DNA of 64,000 nucleotides from a virus (IMGVR_UViG_3300042905_005059:9279-73278); one strand, 5' to 3'. Counted from the first letter of the stretch, positions 49,379 to 57,795 are shown. The notes: a model not told the origin generated them from the letters alone. Made by a program: numbers and translations.

Positions 49379-49928
49379 GTTTTTTTAATATTTTAATAAA
49401 AGTTTCAGCGACTTCTTCTGGAGAAAATTGATCCATATATTCTCCTCCTTTTTCATATGAATATGTTGGTCTATTACCTTTTAAATCAGCCAAGAAAAAA
49501 TGCTGAATGTTTGGATCTCCAAAATAAGGCTTGCAACAATTAAAACACTGATGAGCGCCAAATAGAATCAACATTGGCTTATTAAATGAGGAAGCCAAAT
49601 GCATGCAAAAACTATCAATTCCAAGCAAGAATATAGATTTCTCCATTAGCCAAGCTGTTTGGTTAAATGTTATATTGTCTATTTTTTTACAGCCTTCGTA
49701 TTCTTTATCTAAGGAATCTACTTGAATTATATTTATATTTTTAGATTTTAATTCTGGAGAAATTAAAGAAATAACTTCTTGCCATTTTTTATAAAACTTA
49801 GCTTCTCCTTTAGAGTGGGGATTAAAAAATATAAACTTTCCAAAATCTCCATCGACAAGTTCACTTTGCATGAATGGCTTGTCTATTTTAAGCCCAGAGT
49901 ATAAAGAATATGCTTCTATGATATGCAT
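49362..49928 (-). CDS. GT9-like glycosyltransferase, C-terminal domain only
   Basis: FIFFNPHS...KFYKKWQEVI, LLGIDSFCMHLASSFNKPMLILFG. Confidence 0.75.
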   Translation of the reverse strand: MHIIEAYSLYSGLKIDKPFMQSELVDGDFGKFIFFNPHSKGEAKFYKKWQEVISLISPELKSKNINIIQVDSLDKEYEGCKKIDNITFNQTAWLMEKSIFLLGIDSFCMHLASSFNKPMLILFGAHQCFNCCKPYFGDPNIQHFFLADLKGNRPTYSYEKGGEYMDQFSPEEVAETFIKILKKHEHIS

Positions 49929-49929
49929 T

Positions 49930-50259
49930 TTAATATTTGATATTGAATGCTATTTTGTCTTCTCCATTATGCATGTAAGTCAAGAATCTTTGAGTGGCGG
50001 CATGTGGCAAGAAGCAAATATCAAAATAACCAATATGCTCTCCTATTCCTTCCATGAGTACGAGATTGTCCATGCGCTGATCGTAGTCAATTATTTCGTC
50101 TATATAGGGGTTGCCTTTCAAGATATCTCGAAACTGAGGGCTGGTGGCAAAATATAATTTATAGTTTTTATAAGTTTCCCTGAGACTTCTTAGCAATGAT
50201 GTGCATAGTAAAACGTCTCCAGCGGCGAGTGGCATTACAAAAAGAATTTTTTTATCCAT
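49930..50259 (-). CDS. GT9-like glycosyltransferase, N-terminal domain only
   Basis: KILFVMPLAAGDVLLCTSLLRSLRETY....YFATSPQFRDILKGNPYIDEII. Confidence 0.75.
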   Translation of the reverse strand: MDKKILFVMPLAAGDVLLCTSLLRSLRETYKNYKLYFATSPQFRDILKGNPYIDEIIDYDQRMDNLVLMEGIGEHIGYFDICFLPHAATQRFLTYMHNGEDKIAFNIKY

Positions 50260-51025
50260 ATTTTTCTATAAGTTCTTTGTCCAATTCGACTTTTACTTTT
50301 ATGTCTGGATATAGTTTTATCTTTCCATATTTGCGAATTTCTTCACAAAATAAAATATGCTCGCAGTCGCCATTTGTTCTCCAGTTACAAAAATTTAAAG
50401 GATGGCTTTTTATAAATACAAAGCCGCCGAATGAAGATTTTACTTCTATCGGCTGATCATTGAATAAAGACTGTCTATCAAATATGTTTGCAAATGGATT
50501 GCATGACCATATTAATGCGCGAACATTATATTGATCGTATAAAGCCGCAACATCATAATAAGAATCTTTACCGCAAATGCATACCTTACATTTTATATTT
50601 TGAGAAATATAAGGCGTGTACATTACGGTTTCTTCATCTATTTTAGACAGATATTTACTTACTATATCTTTTTCAAAAATAACATCGCTATCAAAAATTA
50701 TAGAATAATCTGTTTTTATAAGTCTCCCCAATTCAATCATTCTATTTCTATAGTATGTCATCTTTATCATTCTTGAATCATTTATGACATTGCCTTCTTT
50801 TGAGAAAGATATTTTTTCAGAAAGCAGCTTTCCATCTCTTGAGCTAAGCCAGCTTTTTAATATTTGAACTGTGTTATCTACAGAGTCGTTCTCATAGAAA
50901 TAATATGAAAAAGATATTTCTGGATTATTTTTTTCTATATCCTCAAGTTGATTTAATGTTCTATGAATGTAAGACTCCGAATCTCTCCACATAGAAAACA
51001 CACTAATTTTATTGGCTGCTTGCAT
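50252..51025 (-). CDS. GT-A glycosyltransferase (CAP59/GT69-like)
   Basis: RDSESYI, FYENDSVDNT, YYRNR, IIFDSDV (DxD), YYDVAAL, VKSSFGG, DCEH. Confidence 0.65.
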   Translation of the reverse strand: MQAANKISVFSMWRDSESYIHRTLNQLEDIEKNNPEISFSYYFYENDSVDNTVQILKSWLSSRDGKLLSEKISFSKEGNVINDSRMIKMTYYRNRMIELGRLIKTDYSIIFDSDVIFEKDIVSKYLSKIDEETVMYTPYISQNIKCKVCICGKDSYYDVAALYDQYNVRALIWSCNPFANIFDRQSLFNDQPIEVKSSFGGFVFIKSHPLNFCNWRTNGDCEHILFCEEIRKYGKIKLYPDIKVKVELDKELIEKYG

Positions 51026-51041
51026 TTCTTGAGATATAGTT

Positions 51042-51071
51042 ATTTTACGATTAAGCCTATTGAAAAGTCAA
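51042..51071 (-). promoter_or_regulatory. Sigma-70-type promoter
   Basis: TTGACT-N18-TAAAAT, 16 nt before ATG 51025. Confidence 0.5.
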
Positions 51072-51090
51072 GATTCTTTTAGTTAACATT

Positions 51091-51879
51091 TTATACAATG
51101 TTTTCATTCATAAATTGAATTACTTTATCTTTTTCTTTTTCAAAAGTGGTTAGTCTATAAACTTTCATGACGCCATCTTTTTCGTATTGATTAATAAACA
51201 TGGCATCCGTTGCTTCATCTTTCGGGCGTCCAACTATGCAAATTGTATTAATTCTTTGCATCGAAGACATTGATTTAAAACAACTATCTGAGCCTATTAA
51301 AGTTTTGCAATACTTTACTGCGGACAAACTATGTAGAATGTTTTTAAAGCTAACAAACTTTACATTTTCAGATTCTTTCAAACCATAATTAGAAAAATCT
51401 TTTGCAGATCCAAAAATTAAATAATTTCTATCATTATCATTGATGATTTTTTGAACTACATCAGCAGGGATTTCTTTAGCTGGCAAATTAAAATGATCAT
51501 ATACAGAACAAGAAAACTGACTTATAAACGGATGGATTCCTATAATGTCTTTTTTAACAGGAAATGAGTTTACAAAATTTTCTGCGACTGAGTTGGCTTC
51601 ATCCCCAAAATCTAGCTCAGAATAAAAAGCTCTAGGAGTTTCTGATATGTTTTTCTGGTCTTCGTCTGCATGGTTAGCCTTTATAAGATCTACTTGATCA
51701 TTATGACTATCTATATCATTAAAATTATAAAAATGACAATTTGAAACGCCTAGGTGGTCGAATATATCTTTTGCGTTTTCAAAATGTGTATGAACCAAAT
51801 ATTCACTGTTTGGATTATTTTTAATAAACCAAAAATTTTGAAGCAAATCCCCCACACCGCCTCTGACGTAAAATTTCAT
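51091..51879 (-). CDS. GT9-like glycosyltransferase
   Basis: VRGGVGDLLQ, IGIHPF, LIGSDSCFKSMS. Confidence 0.65.
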   Translation of the reverse strand: MKFYVRGGVGDLLQNFWFIKNNPNSEYLVHTHFENAKDIFDHLGVSNCHFYNFNDIDSHNDQVDLIKANHADEDQKNISETPRAFYSELDFGDEANSVAENFVNSFPVKKDIIGIHPFISQFSCSVYDHFNLPAKEIPADVVQKIINDNDRNYLIFGSAKDFSNYGLKESENVKFVSFKNILHSLSAVKYCKTLIGSDSCFKSMSSMQRINTICIVGRPKDEATDAMFINQYEKDGVMKVYRLTTFEKEKDKVIQFMNENIV

Positions 51880-51894
51880 ATAGTTAGAATGTAT

Positions 51895-51934
51895 TAGGGC
51901 CTAACTATGGAAATTTCCATAAAATTAGGCCCTA
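51895..51934. repeat. 40-bp imperfect inverted repeat
   Basis: TAGGGCCTAA (51895-51904) / TTAGGCCCTA (51925-51934) flank the perfect palindrome TATGGAAATTTCCATA (51906-51921). Confidence 0.85.
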
Positions 51935-51955
51935 GTTTTGTAAATTTCTATGTAA

Positions 51956-53926
51956 TTAGCGAACTGGGCAAGCGCCGCTGGAGCATTCTGCCATATCTAA
52001 CATTTCAGAGCTGCTGATCGCCAAGGAGTCGACGGATTTAATTTTAGCCATAGCTAAACGATAAGTCTCTTCATCAATTTCTTGGTATGGAGCTTGTTTG
52101 AATCCGTGATTCTTAAACAACAAGAAACTTACGCTTTTAATGTTATGCTCGTAATTGTCTTTCAGCCAAAGCTTAAGGGACTCAAGTTCTTCGGGTTTGT
52201 AATAAGCGGTAACAGAAACTGCGTTGTCTGACCAATCGGTTTGAAGCTTCTTGACCATGTCCAGTTGCTTTAGGACATCCATGTCCTTGGCTAGAATAGA
52301 TCCTTCTGGGGTTTTGCATGGGAAGTAAACAACCACTGTGTCTCGGTTCTCGGTTCCGTCAAAGTTAATAAGGAACTCAACATGATAACCAATATCTTTG
52401 CAGTTCTGGACTAGAGCGTCAGAGCTAGACATGCGCACAGTACGCATATAATACTCGCTAAACGCTGGGTGAACGCCGGGAGTAGCGCCGCCAAGAAGGC
52501 TTAGCGTTCCAGAAGGCTTGATAGTCGTGAGTTTAATGCTTTCAGGCCAGCCGCGAAGCTTGCTCCAAGAGCAATCAAAAGAACGCAAAGCAACATAACA
52601 ACTATCAAGCCAATCAAGCTTGTGTAAAGACTGGCAAACGCCAGTAATGCCAAGACCGAGCCGCATGTTCTTGTGAACAATTTTATTAGTTTCTTCATGT
52701 ATGAACGGCAAAGAGGCGATGGCTTTTTGTGTTTTGTAAAGAAGAATAGAGCAATCAATTAGCTCTTCTTTTGATGTAATGTTATTTAGATAAAGCTCAC
52801 TGAGATTACAGCATTCGTAGTTAGAAAGACTAATCTCGGCGCAAGGATTTGTCATTTCGCAATTGTCAGTGTCTGTTGGATACATCAAGTTGTCTGACAT
52901 GGGGCCGTCCTTGATGCGGCCAAATTTCTGAGACAATGGCAAATTAAAGAAACCGTAAGGTTCTCCATTAGCGTAACCACTGTCTTTATTTATTTCATAT
53001 CCATTCTTCCAAATTTCTTCAAGCACATGATCGTAACTATCTGCGTAGATAGTATTGTTGCTCATTGCTCTCCAGTTAGGCACATTGCCAGTTCCCCAAT
53101 TCTTAGCCCGGAGATAAAGAATGTCGTCTGGATCGCCTAGAGCAATCTCAGCGCTTCTGCGGACGTTGCCTGCAACGACAACGCTTCCAATAATGTTGCA
53201 AATATCAAGAACATCAATAGATCTTAATTTTTTTCCTTCTCTTGATTGGAATATTTTTGAGATCTTAACGATTCCATCAATAAGGACTTGTGGACCGCTA
53301 GCTTTCCCGCCAAAACCCTTGATTGGCTCTCCGTATCCTCTGATGAGGATGGTTGAGTAAGAAAAAGACTTACCTGTAACATAAAAAGCTTCCAAAGTTT
53401 TTGAAAGCAAATTAACCCAACCTTCGCGTTTGTCTGGAACAATGTAATCAGCGTCTTTAGATCCTTCATGAATAACCTTTACACCTTTCTTAATTTTTGG
53501 AAGCTCATGCACATCTTCTCTGCGTATGCTGTACCCAACCCCGCCTCCGAGCATCAAGTTCTCAAATAAAAACAAAAATGCATTCGGCTCTCTCATAGCT
53601 ACTGCCCAGCAATTAAGCAAACTATTCGCACCGAATCTATCTACAGTGGAAGTCCCAAGCTGCCAAAGCATTCGGCCCGCAAAATTACATTTAAGATTAA
53701 AAACATAATCATAAATTCTCTCTGCTTCAGATTCTGTATAACCAGCGCCGATCTTTTGGGCTCCGTTGATGCATCTCTCTACGGTTTCGTACCACTCTTC
53801 AGAGACGCCGTCTTCTTTGATTCTTGCGTAGGTTCTTTTATATACTATATATCCTAACCCATTAAATCCCCAGTTAGGTTGTTTGTTTTTATATTTATTT
53901 ACAAATTCTTTAGATAATACATTCAT
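51956..53926 (-). CDS. nrdJ: Class II (B12-dependent) ribonucleotide reductase, monomeric RTPR type
   Basis: VYKRTYAR, AGRMLW, NCW, GNVRRSA, TNPCAEI, CNLSE, TIKPSGT and C-terminal ECSSGACPVR. Likely start is ATG 53926. Confidence 0.93.
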   Translation of the reverse strand: MNVLSKEFVNKYKNKQPNWGFNGLGYIVYKRTYARIKEDGVSEEWYETVERCINGAQKIGAGYTESEAERIYDYVFNLKCNFAGRMLWQLGTSTVDRFGANSLLNCWAVAMREPNAFLFLFENLMLGGGVGYSIRREDVHELPKIKKGVKVIHEGSKDADYIVPDKREGWVNLLSKTLEAFYVTGKSFSYSTILIRGYGEPIKGFGGKASGPQVLIDGIVKISKIFQSREGKKLRSIDVLDICNIIGSVVVAGNVRRSAEIALGDPDDILYLRAKNWGTGNVPNWRAMSNNTIYADSYDHVLEEIWKNGYEINKDSGYANGEPYGFFNLPLSQKFGRIKDGPMSDNLMYPTDTDNCEMTNPCAEISLSNYECCNLSELYLNNITSKEELIDCSILLYKTQKAIASLPFIHEETNKIVHKNMRLGLGITGVCQSLHKLDWLDSCYVALRSFDCSWSKLRGWPESIKLTTIKPSGTLSLLGGATPGVHPAFSEYYMRTVRMSSSDALVQNCKDIGYHVEFLINFDGTENRDTVVVYFPCKTPEGSILAKDMDVLKQLDMVKKLQTDWSDNAVSVTAYYKPEELESLKLWLKDNYEHNIKSVSFLLFKNHGFKQAPYQEIDEETYRLAMAKIKSVDSLAISSSEMLDMAECSSGACPVR

Positions 53927-53972
53927 AGATCGAAAGGTAGGATCAGTTACACAACTTGTAGCGAAATTGGAA

Positions 53973-54347
53973 TTAGTCAAGGTTAATGTTTGGGAGTTCT
54001 GATGGATTGACTTTGCTTTTATATTTCATGCCTTTTCTTTTCTTGGAGTATTTTTCCTCAGCTTTTTTGCGGAGAGGGTCTGTGCCTCCATATTTAGAAG
54101 CTCTTTTTTTGCTTAATTCTTCTGAGTAATCCCATATCTCGCCAAGAGTGCCTTTCATTCTGCCTGTTTTTTCTACAAATTTTGACGATGAGTCTACGTC
54201 AAATTCCGTATCTATTTGAGCATTAGGTACAGTAAATACTCTTTCATACTTAATTCCATCTTCAGAGTAATTATGCTCGTCATTCATTCCTTGAAAAACT
54301 GAAATGACTTTTCCTGTTTTTGGATTTTTAAAAAGATAAAGTGGCAT
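53973..54347 (-). CDS. FmdB-like small protein lacking Cys
   Basis: MPLYLFKNPKTGKVISVFQGMNDEH parallels the FmdB MPxYxYxCxxCGxxFExxxxM pattern. Confidence 0.5.
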   Translation of the reverse strand: MPLYLFKNPKTGKVISVFQGMNDEHNYSEDGIKYERVFTVPNAQIDTEFDVDSSSKFVEKTGRMKGTLGEIWDYSEELSKKRASKYGGTDPLRKKAEEKYSKKRKGMKYKSKVNPSELPNINLD

Positions 54348-54348
54348 A

Positions 54349-55431
54349 TTAAATTAAAGATAGAAGTTTCTTTGCAGTATCAGAGTAAGTAAATTTATCT
54401 TGAAGTTTAAGCCCTTCATGATTAAGCCTGTCTTTCTCTACTCTTTGGATAGCTTGTTCGCACCCAGCAATAAATTCATCTTCACTAAAATCAAAAATGT
54501 TACCTTGATTAAATGGAGTGCCTTTGGAGAAAAACTTACCATCATAAACTTCAGTCTTTCCCATTGGCTCTACAAGTACAGAGTTATCTTTGTTAGCCCA
54601 TTCCTTGTAGGCAGTAGCATTCAAAATTACAGCATGCTTGCCCAAAGCAACAGACTGAAACTCTGGCAATCCCCATCCTTCTGCGCCAGACATTCCAATA
54701 ATAATATCTGCTGAATTTAAATAGTCATTATAGATAGAATTCTTAGGCATATTCCCAAGGAAAGAAACGTTGAAATAAGTTTTACCTTCTAGAATTGTAC
54801 CATATATGACTTTTAATTCATTTTGATCTTGATAAAATTGATTGTTGATAGCGCATTGGAGAGAGTATTTATTATTCTTTCCAAATTTCTTAACCCAAGC
54901 TTTAATTATTTTTGCGTGGTGTTTTCTTTTCTCGAACTTGCCGCAAAGATTAAATGTTATTCTATTATCTTGGAAATATGTTTTATTTGTTCTTTTGAAA
55001 TGCTTTGAGTCAAAGCCAAGAGGAACAACATCAGATTGAATTCCATGATTTGCAAAAACAGATTTAGTATAAGAGGAGCTGCAGCAAACGGTGCTATTCT
55101 TAAGAATATTTGATTCTATATTTGTTAGCTGATCTGTTTCATGGAAAGTGAAAAGGATTTGTTTGTCAGAATAGGTTCTTATTGAATCATTAATATGCCA
55201 AAGCCTAATAACAGGATACTTTCTGCTGTGTTTTGCAAACGAATCGTTATGATTTGCTACTACCCAATTAATAAAGTCTTGATCAAAATCATAAGCGCTA
55301 AAATCTATTTGATGTTCAGAAGCTTTGAATATGGAAGGATTAAGTCCCATCTTATAAAACTCATAAAGCAAATTAAAACTAACTTGCCCAAAACTTAAAG
55401 AATTTAACGGTACATGAACAGCAAATTGCAT
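54349..55431 (-). CDS. GT4-like glycosyltransferase
   Basis: FTFHET, VVPLGFD, CGKFEKRKHH, SGAEGWGLPEFQSVALGK. Confidence 0.85.
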   Translation of the reverse strand: MQFAVHVPLNSLSFGQVSFNLLYEFYKMGLNPSIFKASEHQIDFSAYDFDQDFINWVVANHNDSFAKHSRKYPVIRLWHINDSIRTYSDKQILFTFHETDQLTNIESNILKNSTVCCSSSYTKSVFANHGIQSDVVPLGFDSKHFKRTNKTYFQDNRITFNLCGKFEKRKHHAKIIKAWVKKFGKNNKYSLQCAINNQFYQDQNELKVIYGTILEGKTYFNVSFLGNMPKNSIYNDYLNSADIIIGMSGAEGWGLPEFQSVALGKHAVILNATAYKEWANKDNSVLVEPMGKTEVYDGKFFSKGTPFNQGNIFDFSEDEFIAGCEQAIQRVEKDRLNHEGLKLQDKFTYSDTAKKLLSLI

Positions 55432-55461
55432 AAAAAAACCTACCTATTGTTATAGGTAGGT
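55432..55461 (-). terminator. Intrinsic terminator
   Basis: ACCTACCTAT-AACA-ATAGGTAGGT followed by a T tract on the - strand, downstream of 55483..55758. Confidence 0.75.
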
Positions 55462-55482
55462 GAAAAGGATTTTCTATTTTAA

Positions 55483-55758
55483 TTAGAGGATATGCTCTTC
55501 TTCTGGAACCTGAGCTGTCTTCTTTTGAACGTCTCCTTTTGGCTTCTGCTCCTTATCGGAAATATAAATCCTAAAGTCTGGCGACTTGTCGGACTTCTTT
55601 TCCTTGTTAGAGAAGATAACTACATCAATCTTTCCCTCTAGGGAAGTATTGATATGTCCAGTCATGTATTTCTGGGTTTTATCTTTGCTAACCTTTGTCC
55701 ATAGTGCCCCAACTTCACGTTGGCCCCATTTCGATGTTTCAGTCTTGCTGTCATTCAT
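55483..55758 (-). CDS. DUF736-like protein
   Basis: VGALW...KYMTGHI...VVIFSNKEKKSDKSPDFRIY; acidic tail. Confidence 0.6.
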   Translation of the reverse strand: MNDSKTETSKWGQREVGALWTKVSKDKTQKYMTGHINTSLEGKIDVVIFSNKEKKSDKSPDFRIYISDKEQKPKGDVQKKTAQVPEEEHIL

Positions 55759-55766
55759 TGCATAAT

Positions 55767-55795
55767 ATTATGTAGCTAGAGACCAAAAAAGTCAA
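55767..55795 (-). promoter_or_regulatory. Sigma-70-type leaderless promoter
   Basis: TTGACT-N17-CATAAT, 8 nt before ATG 55758. The -35 box overlaps the sigma gene TGA. Confidence 0.75.
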
Positions 55796-56400
55796 ATTAA
55801 ATCAAAAGAATTTTTGCTTTGGATTTTATTTTTAAGGAACAGTCTTGCCTTTTCGTGCAAATTGATGGCTGTTTGAGTGCTTATGTTGAGGCTCTTTGCT
55901 ATTTTGTTCCAAGTTGTGAGTTTCTCATTTCCAGAGAAATATCTTAACTTGAAAATTTCCTTAACCCGATCATCTCTCATTGAAGAAAGAAGAGAGTCAA
56001 TATAGTCCACAGTCTCAGAGTTTTTATCAACTGTAATTAAAATGTTCTGAGAATTTATGAATTCAATAGTCTTGTCTTCGTAGTTGACATATTTCTTGTT
56101 AGAGTTAATAAAATTTAAAAAATGATATCTTGTGCAGTTACAAAACCATGTAGAAAACTTCGTTTTCTGCTTCGCGTCGAAAGATTGAATAGCTTTATAA
56201 AGAATAAAATCTTTTTCGACACTAATATCTTCCTTGCTCATTCCCATCTTAGTTAATGAGATGTAGTATTTTTTTGCTATAGAAAAGTAAAAATTTTCAT
56301 AGCCAGACGATAATTTCAAAAAACTATCGTTGCAGTTACTAGACTTGATCTTCTTAATAAGATCTAAGTCTTCATTATCCTTATAGTTAGTATTTCCCAT
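55792..56400 (-). CDS. Phage sigma-70-family RNA polymerase sigma factor
   Basis: Region 2 (AIQSFDAKQKTKFSTW) and region 4 HTH (IFKLRYF...TWNKIAKSLNISTQTAINLHEKA). Confidence 0.85.
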   Translation of the reverse strand: MGNTNYKDNEDLDLIKKIKSSNCNDSFLKLSSGYENFYFSIAKKYYISLTKMGMSKEDISVEKDFILYKAIQSFDAKQKTKFSTWFCNCTRYHFLNFINSNKKYVNYEDKTIEFINSQNILITVDKNSETVDYIDSLLSSMRDDRVKEIFKLRYFSGNEKLTTWNKIAKSLNISTQTAINLHEKARLFLKNKIQSKNSFDLI

Positions 56401-56858
56401 AATCCTTGGTCCTTAAACCTTAAAGTATTACACTTAAGATTATGTTCCACCATTTGCCTTTATAGCTTTTCCTTGAGTTAGGAGAAAGCAATAGTAGGTC
56501 AACTTAGATGTTTTTATCTAAGTTTATTTAACCCAAGAATACCCGCTTTAGTCATCGCATCTCCGGCTTTAGTGAATCCGTTTAGCTTGCGAGTCTTCTT
56601 GGCTATGTTAGCTTGATCTTACGTAGACGACTTTTTTTCGATTCCACCATTTGCCTTTTCCTTTGAGAAGGAGAAAAGTTTCTAGTAGTTTTTCATAAGG
56701 CTCTTTCGACGCGACCTCTCCCGAACGCACGCTGGAGTTTCCTCCAATTCCTTATGGTCTTTTGACGGGCTTGCTGTCTCTTACGAGTTTAAATAAGGAG
56801 TCTATCCTTAAGTGAGCATGGTTTTGCTCTGGTTACCTCTACTGATCAAACTAAGTCC
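56401..56858 (-). other. Structured non-coding region (leader RNA, ncRNA or origin candidate)
   Basis: ~460 nt with no sizeable ORF, several hairpins and an exact 17-nt direct repeat. Confidence 0.5.
56445..56658. repeat. Direct repeat TTCCACCATTTGCCTTT x2
   Basis: Exact copies at 56445-56461 and 56642-56658, each next to a related CTTTTCCT..AGGAGAAA hairpin. Confidence 0.9.
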
Positions 56859-56887
56859 ATGATGGAACATGCTCTTTAAAAAGTCAA
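56859..56887 (-). promoter_or_regulatory. Sigma-70-type promoter upstream of the structured region
   Basis: TTGACT-N17-CATCAT, same style as the other phage promoters. Confidence 0.55.
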
Positions 56888-56888
56888 G

Positions 56889-57296
56889 TCAGTTTTTCAA
56901 ATTACTGACTGTAGCCTTAGAGGCTAGATAAATTAAATTCTTTAAATCTTTTTCTGAAACGTTTGAAGGGTCGCATTTTTCAGATTGTCTTTCTAATTTA
57001 TCGCACATATCATTTATAACGCTTGCAATACCAGCGCAAACTAATCCGCTAAGCTCAACTGTTTGGTTAAAAGATTCTATAGATTTAAAAAGAACCCAGT
57101 ATTGCTCATTTTCAATGGCGCAGGATCTTAAAATTCCAGCTTTCTCCATCTCTTTTAACGCGCAAGACAAGGAAGCATTTTCAGCAGCTTCATCATCAGA
57201 CACCAAAACAACATCTTTTCTGTTTTTCTTTATGTTAAAAACAGTGTTTGTATTAAAGTACTCTAAGAGCAATTGGTATGATTCTATGACGTTCAC
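56889..57296 (-). CDS. Hypothetical protein
   Basis: Probable GTG start at 57296 (MNVIESYQLL). The upstream part of the track ORF is the divergent promoter region. Confidence 0.6.
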   Translation of the reverse strand: MNVIESYQLLLEYFNTNTVFNIKKNRKDVVLVSDDEAAENASLSCALKEMEKAGILRSCAIENEQYWVLFKSIESFNQTVELSGLVCAGIASVINDMCDKLERQSEKCDPSNVSEKDLKNLIYLASKATVSNLKN

Positions 57297-57338
57297 ATAA
57301 GTAACATGTGTCAAAAATAAAAAAATGCAAATTTTAAA

Positions 57339-57366
57339 TTGACTTTTGTTTTTGACATTCCATAAT
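57339..57366 (+). promoter_or_regulatory. Sigma-70-type leaderless promoter
   Basis: TTGACT-N16-CATAAT, 6 nt before GTG 57373. Confidence 0.75.
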
Positions 57367-57372
57367 ATTAAC

Positions 57373-57795
57373 GTGGACATTAAGATCAAACTTCTTTCTG
57401 GCTTAGCAAAAATTCCCACTCAAGGGACCAACTTCTCAGCGGGTTACGATTTGTACTCGGCAGAAGAAACGGTTGTTCCTAGGCTCGGGCGAAAACTCAT
57501 TAAAACCAATGTAAGCATGGCAATCCCAATGAACCACTACGGGAGAATCGCCCCAAGGTCAGGGCTCGCGTTTAAAAATGGAATTGATGTGCTTGCTGGC
57601 GTAATTGATTCTGACTATAGAGGCGATATTGGCGTTATCCTTTATAATACAGACAATAATTTAGATTTCGTCGTGAAAGCAGGAGACAAGATAGCCCAAA
57701 TAATTATAGAATCTTGTAGCCAAATTAACTTTGTTAAGTCTGATGATCTTCCACTCACTAAGCGAGGAGAAGGCGGATATGGGCATACAGGTTGA
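57373..57795 (+). CDS. dut: Trimeric dUTPase
   Basis: AGYDL, GRIAPRSGLA, GVIDSDYRG, GDKIAQ, RGEGGYGHTG. GTG start inferred from the promoter. Confidence 0.95.
   Translation: MDIKIKLLSGLAKIPTQGTNFSAGYDLYSAEETVVPRLGRKLIKTNVSMAIPMNHYGRIAPRSGLAFKNGIDVLAGVIDSDYRGDIGVILYNTDNNLDFVVKAGDKIAQIIIESCSQINFVKSDDLPLTKRGEGGYGHTG

Noticed and set aside
52501-53469. Alternative-frame - strand ORFs inside nrdJ
   Set aside because: Off-frame overlaps with a conserved enzyme.
29084-55398. Short + strand ORFs opposite the replication and GT genes (e.g. 29084..29389, 44477..44830, 49870..50157, 54400..54714)
   Set aside because: Fully overlap well-supported - strand genes.
55755-55763. Met-Gln-stop mini-uORF overlapping the DUF736-like start
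   Set aside because: Its ATG lies only 3 nt from the -10 box, probably upstream of the transcription start.
56401-56888. tmRNA, tRNA, RNase P, group I intron or hammerhead in the non-coding gap
   Set aside because: No tRNA-like ends, T-loop, or other signature motifs were found by eye.
56889-57419. Track start at 57419, and the dUTPase start at 57346
   Set aside because: Both extensions run through the divergent promoter region; GTG starts at 57296 and 57373 fit better.
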